Below are positions 12,717 through 23,591 of a stretch of DNA of 64,000 bases, piece by piece (within the stretch, counting starts at the first letter, position 1; the number at the start of each line of letters is the position of its first letter). Origin of the DNA: Octopus sinensis (taxonomy: Eukaryota); contig NW_021836180.1 of NCBI RefSeq assembly GCF_006345805.1, forward strand, positions 1-64,000. Direction: 5' to 3'. The position numbers were made by a program, and so were the translations under genes. The notes beneath the pieces are model-generated. The model had not been told where the DNA came from, searched no databases, and saw only the letters and a program-made list of their open reading frames with translations.

Positions 12717-13001
12717 TTTATTTATTTTTTTATTTATTTCATCTAGTTTCAGCTCACGAGCTGTGGCCATGCTGGGGCACATATGACTTAGTTTTAGTGT
12801 CTGTCCCTCACCTACCACTTTAGAACCACTGTTCGTTTGTTTGTATCCTTGTAACCTAGTGGTTTAGCAAAAGAGACCAATAGCAATTTTCAATATAGTT
12901 ACTGGGGTTGATTTGTTCAACTAAAATCTTCAGGGTTGTGCCCCAGCATGACTGCATCCCAATGACTGAAACAAGTAAAGAAATCAAAGTGGCATGCTCA
13001 C

Positions 13002-13252
13002 CTGTCTTCACAGGTTGAGTCCTGTTCAGGTAATGGCCAGTTTTGTACAGGTGTACAGCCTTTTGCATCTGTTCTAGAAGTCTGTCGGCACTCATAGTCA
13101 AGTTGGTAAAGCCAGAAACCACATCATAAAGAATAGGATGGAGGGATGGTGGAGCACCATATGGAAGTCGAAAAATTATAAAATGGCGCCCGGCATTGAA
13201 GATATTTTTCTTTTCGTTCAGTCCGACACAATGACCGTTCTGACAAGGGATT
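13002..13252 (-). CDS. PKDCC: PKDCC coding exon 4 (251 nt)
   Basis: Acceptor ttcccctttcAG at 13254-13253; its first A completes AAA (Lys) with exon 3. IPCQNGHCVGLNEKKNIFNAGRHFIIFRLPYGAPPSLHPIL...VHLYKTGHYL parallels human [21 protein letters not shown]...APPSLRPLL...LHLYRSGQYL. Donor G|GTGAGC at 13001, phase 2-1. Confidence 0.95.
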
Positions 13253-13594
13253 CTGAAAGGGGAACAAACAAGAAATGAACTAAAAATACACAAGGTGACA
13301 GAGTAGATTTTGGGAAAATGTCTGGTGGTATTTGCCAGTAATTAGTAAGTGCAAAGCACTGGTTTCAAATTCTGGCACAAATCTAACAGGTTTGACAGAA
13401 GGGGCCAAGTTGATTAAACTGACCCCAGTGTTCAACTGGTGCTTATTCTTATGAGCGCTAAAAGGATGAAAGGCTAAGTCGAACCTTGTGGAGTTTGAAC
13501 TCAGAATGTACAGATGGAGGAAATGCCGCTGAGCATTTTGCCCAGCATGCTAACGATTCTGCCAGCTTGCCGACTTTATTTATTTATTTATTCA

Positions 13595-13897
13595 TGCACC
13601 CTTTTCAAGTCCAGCCAGGCTCACGGGCCTGGTTTCCAGGTTTTTATGGCGTATGTGTTCTCCCCAGCTGGATGGGATGCCAGTCCATTACAGCATTACT
13701 CAAGAAACAGGAAGAAAGTGTGAGAGAAAGTTGGGGCGAATGAGTACAACAGGGGTTACCACCACCCCCTGCTGGAGCATCGTGGAGCTTTTAGGTGTTT
13801 CCACTCAATAAACAGACACAACACCTGGTCTGGGAATCAAAACCGCAATCCTCTGACAGCGAGTCCGCTGCCCTAACCACTGGGCCATTGTGCCTCC
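13595..13897 (-). mobile_element. SINE family C (tRNA head, GATGGACTGGCATCCCATCCAG block resembling the V domain)
   Basis: Head GGAGGCACAATGGCCCAGTGGTTAGGG with a degenerate B box. Related partial copies at 11870-12010(-), 36470-36740(+), 46870-47070(+). A related head with a different body lies at 39277-39590(+) and 5736-6075(-). Confidence 0.65.
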
Positions 13898-15252
13898 GCT
13901 TGCCAACTTAGTAACTACAAAATATTCACTAAGTGGATTTGCAAGTTACATGGTAACTTCACTAGTATTGGAAGCATAGAAAAAAAAAAGCCTCCAAGAC
14001 ACTCCGTAAAGTAGTTGGCATTAGGAAGGGCATCCAACCATAGAAACCATGCCAAAGTAGACACTGGAGCTCAACATGGCCTTGTAGCTCATTGGTTTCT
14101 GTCAAACCATTCCAGCGTGGAAAACAGACGTTAACTCATCCGCATTTAAACTGGCCAGATATGGCCTCTCACACCAACCCTAAAACACCATTCTAAAAAT
14201 AAACAGTTGCTTCTTCAAAATCTCAAAGCTACAACATAAAGCATGACTAATTCAAAACAATGAGAATAAACAGGCATTGCTTCTGAATATTTTGAATGTT
14301 AAAGAGTGAGATGATGATGATGATGATATCACATAATACACATGGTTAAATCATCGTTATCATCCATGCCCATAGACATGATGTGTGATTGATGACTGAT
14401 GAGTTGTTGAAATAACTGTGAAAATCACGTGTAAAATAGTGTGTCTTATACACGAGTAAATATAGTAAGGTAAAAACGTGAAGGTTACCTTCTTGAATCA
14501 TACTGACTCATTAGGGCTAGTTTCCCTGTTTCTATGGCATATATATTCCCCACCTAGGCGCAGGAGTGGCTGTGTGGTAAGTAGCTTGCTAACCAACCAC
14601 ATGGTTCCGGGTTCAGTCCCACTGCGTGGCATCTTGGGCAAGTGTCTTCTGCTATAGCCCCGGGCCGACCAATGCCTTATGAGTGGATTTGGTAGACGGA
14701 AACTGAAAGAAGCCTGTCGTATATATGTATATATATATATATGTGTATGTGTGTCTGTGTTTGTCCCCCTAGCACTGCTTGACAACCGATGCCGGTGTGT
14801 TTACGTCTCCGTCACTTAGCGGTTTGGCAAAAGAGACCGATAGAATAAGTACTGGGCTTACAAAGAATAAGTCCCGGGGTCGATTTGCTCGACTAAAGGC
14901 GGTGCTCCAGCATGGCCGCAGTCAAATGACTGAAACAAGTCAAAGAGAGGCCTGGATGGGACACCAGTCCGTTGCAGGATTACTCACTTTTGCCAGTTGA
15001 GGAGACTGGAGCAACGAGAAATGAAGTATTTTGCTCAAGAACATGCGTTGCCCGTTCCTGGAATCGAAACCGCTATCTTACGCTCATGAGTCCAACACCC
15101 CTAACCACTAAGCTGTATGCTTCCACAAGTAAAGATGGTTATATGCCCATTGTTAGCAGCAGTCAGCAAGCCCTAGCTTCCTTGTTCAATACCTTTGTAT
15201 TAGCTTGCTGGCAACAGAACAGCTTGTTGAACTGAAGCAATTAGCAACAAAT

Positions 15253-15284
<32 letters not shown>

Positions 15285-15341
15285 CCACATCAAGACAGGA
15301 ACAGAAAAACAAGAGAAAAATCCGAAATAATAATCATATGT

Positions 15342-15570
15342 TTAACCCTTTAGCATTTAAACTGGCTATATCTAGCCCGAATTCTGTACTTATTTTATAT
15401 ACAAACTGGCCACATCTGGACTCTCAAACACATCTTACAATGTCATTCTAAAAATGAACAATCACATCAGTGAAATCTTGAAGCTACAAAACAACACAGG
15501 ATTAATTCAAAACAATGTTAAATAAAGAAGCATTACATTTGACAGAGTAAGCTGAATGCAAAATGGTTAA
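15342..15570. mobile_element. piggyBac-type MITE family 1 (TTAA TSD, CCCTTTAGCATT terminal inverted repeats)
   Basis: TTAA-CCCTTTAGCATT...AATGCAAAATGG-TTAA. Further copies at 39616-39832, 33703-33933, 14131-14308 (degenerate) and 33040-33692 (interrupted by SINE A). Confidence 0.8.
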
Positions 15571-15621
15571 AGAATGAAAATAGTGTTCAAAGAAAGAAAA
15601 TGTTTTGAAAGTATCACTAAC

Positions 15622-15830
15622 TTGGCATGGAATTCTGAAGGTGAGAAATGGAGATTGCAGTCAGCCTGTGTGGAACAGTGTGGATCACCGATTCCAGTGT
15701 CATCGACATCGGTAAGCTTTAACATTCCGTTGACAAGGACAAACTGTTGGTGTCGGAAGTCGTTCATGACTACGGGACCGTGGGGGGAGTGAGCGAAGAA
15801 ATGAATCAGTGAAGTGAGGTCGTATGAAAT
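15622..15830 (-). CDS. PKDCC: PKDCC coding exon 3 (209 nt): catalytic loop and DFG-equivalent motif
   Basis: Acceptor ctctacacAG at 15832-15831 and donor AA|GTTAGT at 15621. ISYDLTSLIHFFAHSPHGPVVMNDFRHQQFVLVNGMLKLTDVDD parallels human [31 protein letters not shown]. Phase 0-2. Confidence 0.95.
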
Positions 15831-16254
15831 CTGTGTAGAGAGGAAATGGGAAAGACATCATGGAAGGAACAAAAAAAAAAACAGGAAAGTGCAATGGCAA
15901 AGTAAAATGTAACAAAGGATTGGTATGTAGGCAGGTAGGAAGGTTTGGGGGCCACCATATACACATAACATCAATCTATCATACAGTTACAAAATTTGAC
16001 CAAATATTAATAACAGTGTTAACAAATGTTTTTATATCAAAACACACGTATACATACACATGCATACATACACACACACTGTAATTTCTCATGTATAAGT
16101 TGTACCCCTAACTTGGTGTTCAATCATGGTTCAAAATTTTTTCCCTTCATATTCAAACTTGATATCAGCTTTTCCTCATATAAACTACAGCCTAAATTTT
16201 CCAGTTAAAACACGCTATAAAATTGGGTAACATATATATATAGATTAAAACTAT

Positions 16255-16723
16255 ATTCCCTGGAGCGTAGGCGGGAAAGATATGCCATAATATACATCTG
16301 GAAGATCCTGGAGGGACGTGTCCTGAACTTTGGCATCGAGAGTTACGCAAATGCCAGAACTGAGCGCCACTGCGTGGTGCCTAGGACTCCAAACTTGCCA
16401 TCAAGATGTAGGACAAGATTCTGTGATAGCCTGGGCTTCCGAGGCCCACAGCTCTTCAATATCCTCCCGAAGAACCTGAGAGACCTGCATGGGGTGGATG
16501 CAGATGTCTTTAAAATGAAGCTGGATCTCTTCCTGTCAGGTGTCCCAGATGAACCAACTTCACGGCAGATGAGGGCAGCTGCATCAAACTCTCTCATGCA
16601 CCAAATGGCAGTTGCTAGAAAGCTTTCGTGAAGTGAAACCAAGTAGCAACACCAAATGGCGGTGCCCCAGCATGGCCACAGCTCATAAGCTGAAACTAGA
16701 ATCAATCAATCAATCAGTCAATC
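16255..16723 (+). mobile_element. CR1-clade LINE 3' end (family 1) with intact tail hairpin and (AATC)n
   Basis: FCDSLGFRGPQLFNILPKNLRDLHGVDADVFKMKLDLFLSGVPDEP, then 3' UTR GGCGGTGCCCCAGCATGGCCACAGCTCATAAGCTGAAAC and (AATC)n. Isolated tails also at 19400-19460(+) and 12740-12780(-). Confidence 0.9.
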
Positions 16724-18203
16724 ATATATATATATATATATATATATATGTTGACATCATTGTTTAACATCTGCTTTCCATGCTAACATGGGTTGGATGG
16801 TTTGACTGGAGACTGGCAAGCCAGGAGGTTGCACCAGGCTCCAATCTGATCTGGCAATGTTTCTACAGCTGGGTGCCCTTCCTAATGCCAACCACTCCAT
16901 GAGTGTAGTGGGTGCTATCTACATGCCACCAGCATGGGAGCCAGTCAGGCAGCACTGGCATTGGCCATGTTCAGATTGTACTTTTTACGTGCCAGTCACG
17001 CACACACATACACATATGGGTGGGGAAGGCGCAATGGCCCAGTGGTTAGGGCAGTAGGCTTGCAGTCATAGAATCACAGTGCCGGTGGCACGTAAAAGGC
17101 ACCCACTACACTCTCGGAGTGGTTGGTGTTAGGAAGGACATCCAGCTGTAGAAACTTTGCAAAATCAGATTGAACATGGTACAGCCTCTGGCTCACCAGT
17201 CCTCAGTCAAACTATCCAACCCAAGCCAGCATGGAAAGCGGACATTAAACGATGACGATGACGATGGTTTAACCTAAAGAAAGAAAGGGAAAGGATAATG
17301 CTCATGTCCTTCACAAGTCTCTGAGATGATACACTTCAAATTCAGCATAAGTATCCATAAGTTGATGCCTGCAGAGATAACTTAAAAGGAGACAGAATTT
17401 CAGAAGGTTTATCAACGTTCTGAGGGGGGACAAATTAGACTTAACAGTCGGACCAATTTATGGTTTTATTTTTACAAAAGCTTTAGTATCCAGAAGTCCA
17501 TGTTTGCATGGAAATTTGTTGAAGCAGATTTTCTATGGTGAAATACCCTTCCAGGTGCCAACCCTCACTGGTTTTCAAGCAAGGTAATACTTCCTTGTGG
17601 CCGGACATATTTTTGTGGAATTTTGTTTACAATCATCACATGACATCGAAACAAAGACACCGACACACAGATGTAAGTGAAATATAGTAATATGGTGAAA
17701 TGAAACTTATTGACAAAAAGGTATAGAGCTCGTCTCAGTTTCATACATTAATTAGCGTTCTTCAATTAGCACTAAATCCTATTAAACTGCAGCGGGAATA
17801 TGAGCTTACTGAGGATAAACTAATTTGCATGTCGGTGGTGCTTATAGGGCAAGCTTTTTAAAATTTGTCTCGACACCAAAAAGTATCCAAACAATATGGA
17901 AACTGAAAAGTTATACTCATGTGTGTGTGTGTATGTGTGTGCGTGTATACACACACACACACACATATGTGCATATATACACAAACACACATGCATACAC
18001 ATATATATCTATATGTATATGCATATGAACATATATATGAAATATATACTCATATATCGTCTTACTTCGGAATTAATCTTGAGTGTACCATAAGTATTTG
18101 GTAAATTAGAATAACCAGTTTCAAGATTATTATTTTTTCAGTAGTAAAATTAGGCATAAGTAGAAACAGATGAAGAACAACAATCTTGAAATCGGTTTTT
18201 CTG

Positions 18204-18679
18204 TTAACCCTTTCAACAACAACCCGGCTGAAACCGCTTCTGGCTCTGTAGTACAAAAGCCTTGTTTTCAAAAGTTCTGAATAAAAATCTTCCATCAAAC
18301 ATTAATCACAATTTATGTTCTTAACACTAGCTTAATGATAACTGAGTTATTTTACTAAATTCTTTGTTATATTTAAAATTGATTGAAAGAAACACGGAGA
18401 ATCTCAGCAGAAATATGGTTACAAAAGGGTTAGAAAATGATTAATTTAACCCTTTCAATACCAACCCGGCTGAAACTACCTCTGGCTCTGTAGTACAAAA
18501 GGCTTGTTTTCAAAAGTTCTGAATAAAAATCTTCCATCAAACATTAATCACAATTTATGTTCCTAACACTAGCTGAATGGTAACCGAGTTATTTTACTAA
18601 ATTCTTTGTCATATTTAAAATTAATTGAAAGAAACACAAAGCATCACAACAGAAAGAAATATGGTAACAAAAGGATTAA
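18204..18679. mobile_element. Two tandem piggyBac-type MITEs, family 2 (18204-18433 and 18446-18679)
   Basis: Each starts TTAA-CCCTTTC and ends AAAGGG/AAAGGA-TTA(A/G), with nearly identical bodies. Third copy at 26743-26970. Confidence 0.8.
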
Positions 18680-19035
18680 TCACGCCATTTAGCTGAGAAC
18701 TTGGGGTGGATGGGTATATTGCTTCTATTGGCCACCACACATATAGATACACACTTAAGTTTTATGCCATGGTGAGTCTTAATTTAATGGTGGTTTCCCA
18801 ATCCAAGAAAAGCGGTTCTCTCTTTTTACTCTTTTATTTGTTTCAGTCATTTGACTGTGGTCATGCTGGAGCACTGCCTTTAGTCGAGCAAACTGACCCC
18901 AGGACTTATTCTTTGTAAGCCTAGTACTTATTCTATCACTCTTTTGCCGAACCGCTAAGTTACGGGGACATAAACACACCAGCATCGGTTGTCAAGCGAT
19001 GTTGGGGGGACAGACACAGACACATACATACACAC

Positions 19036-19084
<49 letters not shown>

Positions 19085-19205
19085 TAAATATAAGGGTAGC
19101 AAAAATTCTAGAAAGAATTTTCCGCTACCAGCGGTCAAGTGAGAAAGAAAAAATAGTCGAAGACTATATAATATACATTCAACAATATAAGGAATGCCAT
19201 ATAGG

Positions 19206-19343
19206 ACATTCGACTCACTAGAAAGAGCAGCCAAAACTCATACCGCTAAATAGTTGTAATTCTGAAATAATTTCTCTTTCTATTCCAGAATTACAACTAT
19301 TTAGCGGTATGAGTTTTGGCTGCTCTTTCTAGTGAGTCGAATG

Positions 19344-19344
<1 letters not shown>
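19206..19344. repeat. Perfect 59-bp inverted repeat with 21-nt loop
   Basis: 19206-19264 is the exact reverse complement of 19286-19344. Confidence 0.95.
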
Positions 19345-19397
<53 letters not shown>

Positions 19398-19454
19398 ATG
19401 GCGGTGCCCCAGCATGGCCACAGCTCGTGAGCTGAAACTAGAATCAATCAATCA

Positions 19455-19487
<33 letters not shown>

Positions 19488-21688
19488 CATACATACATAT
19501 ATACGACGGGCTTCTTTCAGTTTCCGTCTACCAAATCCACTCACAAGGCTTTGGTCGGCTCGAGGCTATAGTAGAAGACACTTGCCCAAGGTGCCACGCA
19601 GTGGGGCTGAACCCGGAACCATGTGGTTGCTAAGTAACCTACTTACCACACAGCCACTCCCATGCCTGCAGTCTATTGATGAACACACTACACAGCTGAA
19701 TTGTTTACAGTGATCAAATCTGAAATTTTATGGGGAGAGGGGGTAAGTCAATTACGTCAACCCCAGAGCTCAACTGGTCCTTATTTTATCGAATCCAAAA
19801 GGATGAAAGGCAGAGTCAACCTCAACCGCATTTAAACTCAGATACTAAAATATAATAACATAGAGGCGATGACAAGTGACTGAGAGTTCTGGCGATTTGA
19901 TCTGATTGAGAAGACCCATCAAGTCAAGAGAAACCATAGTCGTGGTCAATGATGGCGCCACATGATTGGCACATAAAAGCACCCGTGGCGGTGGCACGCT
20001 AAAAATACCTATTACACTCTTGGAGCGGTTGGCATTAGGAAGGGCATACAGCCATAGAAACCATGCCAAATCAGACTGGAAGTTGGTGCAGCTCTCTGGC
20101 TTACCAGTTCCAGTCAAACTGTTTAACCCATGTCCAGCATGGAAAGCGGACATTGAATGATGAAACAAAAAGGGGAAAATGGAAAGTGCCTTACAACGGA
20201 AAATTGAGTAACCTATGTGTATCGCAGGCAGAAGAATTCGGAAGAAGAATATGATTAAGCAAGGTGAGTTTGTGTAACACATAAGCTCACTCTCTCCATG
20301 AAACTGACTTTGCCAGTACAGGCGGTGAGCTGGCAGAAACGCTAGCACACCAGGAGAAATGCTTAGCAGTATTTCATCTGCCGCTACGTTCTGAGTTCAA
20401 ATTCCGCCGAGGTCAACTTTGCCTGTCATCCTTTCGGGGTCGATAAATCAAGTACCAGTTACGCACTGGGGTCGATGTAATCGACTTAATTCCTTTGTCT
20501 GTCCTTGTTTGTCCCCTCTATGTGGGCAATAAAGAAATAAGTATAGGCACATGGTGTGCCACATGTTGGTTACCTTAATGATTGCAGAGAATTGTGAGAC
20601 GAAGTGTTTTGCTTGAGAACACAATGCAAAGCCTGGTCCAGTCGAGGAGACAAACCCACAATCTCACAATTGTGAGTGAAACACTTTGACCACAAAGCAA
20701 CGAGCCCTCACATAGCATCTCTATATATGTTTTAATTACATAAATATATACAGTTGCAGGTGTGGCTGTGTGGTAAAAAGTTTGCTTCCCAATCTCATAG
20801 TTCTGGGTTCAGTTCTACTGCATGGCGCCTCGGACAAGTGTCTTCTACTATAACTTCAGACCGACCAAGGCCTTATGAGTGTATTTGGTAGATGGAAACT
20901 GAAAGAAGCCCATTGCATACATATGTGTGTGTTTTTGTGTATGTGATTGTCATTTCCTAGCACTGCTCGACACATTAGTGTTGGTTTGTTTACCTTCCTG
21001 CAACTTAGCGGTTTAACAAAAGAAAACAGCAGAAAAAGTATCAGGCTTACAAAAAAAAATAATAAGTACTGGGATCAATTTGCTCCCCTAAAATTCTACA
21101 AGGTGGTGCCCCAGCATGGCCATAGTCTAATGAGTGAAATAAAGTAAGACAAAATATTTTATATATACTCTTTACTCTTTTTCTTGTTTCAGTCATTTGA
21201 CTGTGGCCATGCTGGAGCACCGCCTTTAGTCAAGTAAATCAACCCCGGGACTTATTCTTTGTAAGCCCAGTACTTATTCTATCAGTCTCTTTTGCCAAAC
21301 CACTAAGTGATGGGGACGTAAACACACTACCATCAGTTGTCAAGCAATGCTAGGGGGACAAACACAGACACACACACACATACATATACATATATACGAC
21401 AGGCTTCTTTCAGTTTCCGTCTACCAAATCCACTCACAAGGCATTGGTCGGCCCAGGGCTATAGCAGAAGACACTTGCCCAAGATGCCACGCAGTGGGAC
21501 TGAACCCGGGGCCATGTGGTTGGTAAGCAAGCTACTTACCACACAGCCACTCCTGTATATATATATATATAATGCGCATGATGTGTGGCTGTGTGATTCC
21601 GGGTTCAGTCCCACTGAGTGACACCTTAGGCAAGTGTCTTCTACTATAGCCTTGGGAAAACCAAAGCCTTGTAAGTGGATTCGGTAGA

Positions 21689-22060
21689 ACTCTGAGCACC
21701 TTTTCAAACTCCACCTGTCTAACACCCGTGGACATGTTTACAAAGTCAGAAAACAGCACAGCTCTCATGACTTTCGGAAACATTTGTTCACGCTAAGAGT
21801 TGCTGAAGTATGGAACAAACTGCCGGCATCAGTTGTTAGTTGTCGGAGCACTGCATCCTTCAAAACTTCCATGCTTCCTGAGATTCGCCAACACTACACC
21901 TGATTTTCTCCCCTCCATACACACACGCAAGCATGTATCTGACTCATACACTGTTCACTTCCCAGACATTCGTACGTTACTACATATGCTTTATACGCAC
22001 TTTTGGCAAGTTGTGGTGCACCTGAGCACTGTATACAATAATTTCATTATTATTATTTCT
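21689..22060 (+). mobile_element. CR1-clade LINE 3' end (family 2) with 3' UTR and (ATT)n tail
   Basis: HDFRKHLFTLRVAEVWNKLPASVV, then a UTR ending GTGGTGCACCTGAGCACTGTATACAATAATTTCATTATTATT. Confidence 0.85.
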
Positions 22061-22523
22061 TTTAAAGAAGTCTGTCATATATGTGTGTGTGTGTGTATAT
22101 ATTTATGCGTGTGTGTGTGTATATCTTTGTGCCCCTCACCGTCGCTTGACAACCGATGTTGGTATGTTTACATCTCCCGTAACTTAAAGGTTTGGCAAAA
22201 GGGACCTACAGAAAAAGTACTAGGGCTTTAAAAGAAAGCCCTGAGGTTGATTTGTTTGACTAAAAACCCTGAAGGCAGTGCACCAGCATGGCCGCAGTCA
22301 AATGACTGAAACAAGTAAAAGTATATATATTGTCCCCCCAACATCGCTTGACAACCGAAGCTGGTGTGCTTATGTCCCCGTAACTTAGCGGTTCAGCAAA
22401 AGAGACCGATAGAATAAGTACTAGGCTTACAAAGAATAAGTCCTGAGGTCGATTTGCTCGACTAAAGGCAGTGCTCCAGCATGGCTGCAGTCAATGACTG
22501 AAACGATTAAGAGAATGAATATA

Positions 22524-22572
<49 letters not shown>

Positions 22573-23557
22573 GCAGGGTGGCTGTGTGGTAAGTAGCTTG
22601 CTAACCAACCACATGGTTCCGGGTTCAGTCCCACTGCGTGGCATCTTGGGCAAGTGTCTTCTACTATAGCCTCGGGCCGACCAAAGTGTCTTCTGCTATA
22701 GCCCCGGGCCGACCAATGCCTTGTGAGTGGATTTGGTAGACGGAAACTGAAAGAAGCCTGTCGTATGTATGTATATTTATATATATATATATATATGTGT
22801 GTGTCTGTGTTTGTCCCCCTAGCATTGCTTGACAACTGATGCTGGTGTGTTTACATGCCCGTCACTTAGCGGTTCGGCAAAAGAGACCGATAGGATAAGT
22901 ACTGGGCTTACAAAGAATAAGTCCCGGAGTTGATTTGCTCAACTAAAGGCGGTGCTCCAGCATGGCCGCAGTCAAATGACTGAAACAAGTAAAGAGTATA
23001 TATATATATGCATATACCCAGTACCGGGGTGTGTGTGTGTGTGTGTGCACCAATGCTGTGAGAGTATATTACATATACATGGACAGGGGGGGGTTAGCGG
23101 AGGGGTGGGGGCTTAGAGTAGTGAAAGCCCCTACAAACAAGTAAATAACATACAGCTTATTCCCCATTCTGCGCCCAACCCTTCAACTGGTGTTTACAGA
23201 AGAGAGAACGAGTAGAGAGAGAAAAAAAAATGGGTTTCCCACAACCCCCTACCTCGATTCTTTTTTTTTCTTTGGCACTATCCTCTTACCTTAACCCTGT
23301 CATCTCTTCCTTCCCACTTCTGACACCTCCCCCCCACATGACTTACACATGACTGTTGGGGGAGATGGTGGAGGATGGTGATGGCAGTGGTGGTAATGAC
23401 AGGGTGGTGGTGGTGGTGAAAGAATGGCATTTTTCTTTTTGTTTTTTAGCTCCAAAATATAATTTATTTTGGCAAGTAAATTTATTTCACACTAAGCTTT
23501 CCTCTCCCTCTGCGCTTTTCTGGTGTTCACACACACACATACACACATATATACAGA

Positions 23558-23591
<34 letters not shown>

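Noticed and set aside
17700-17830. Unique segment with ATTTGCAT octamer and several TAAT cores as an intronic enhancer
   Set aside because: Short motifs are expected by chance in AT-rich DNA; cross-species conservation or accessibility data are needed.
19220-19250. CTAGAAAGAGCAGCCAAAAC in the hairpin arms as a degenerate hammerhead
   Set aside because: Neither the CUGANGA nor the GAAA core is present and stem II is not convincing.
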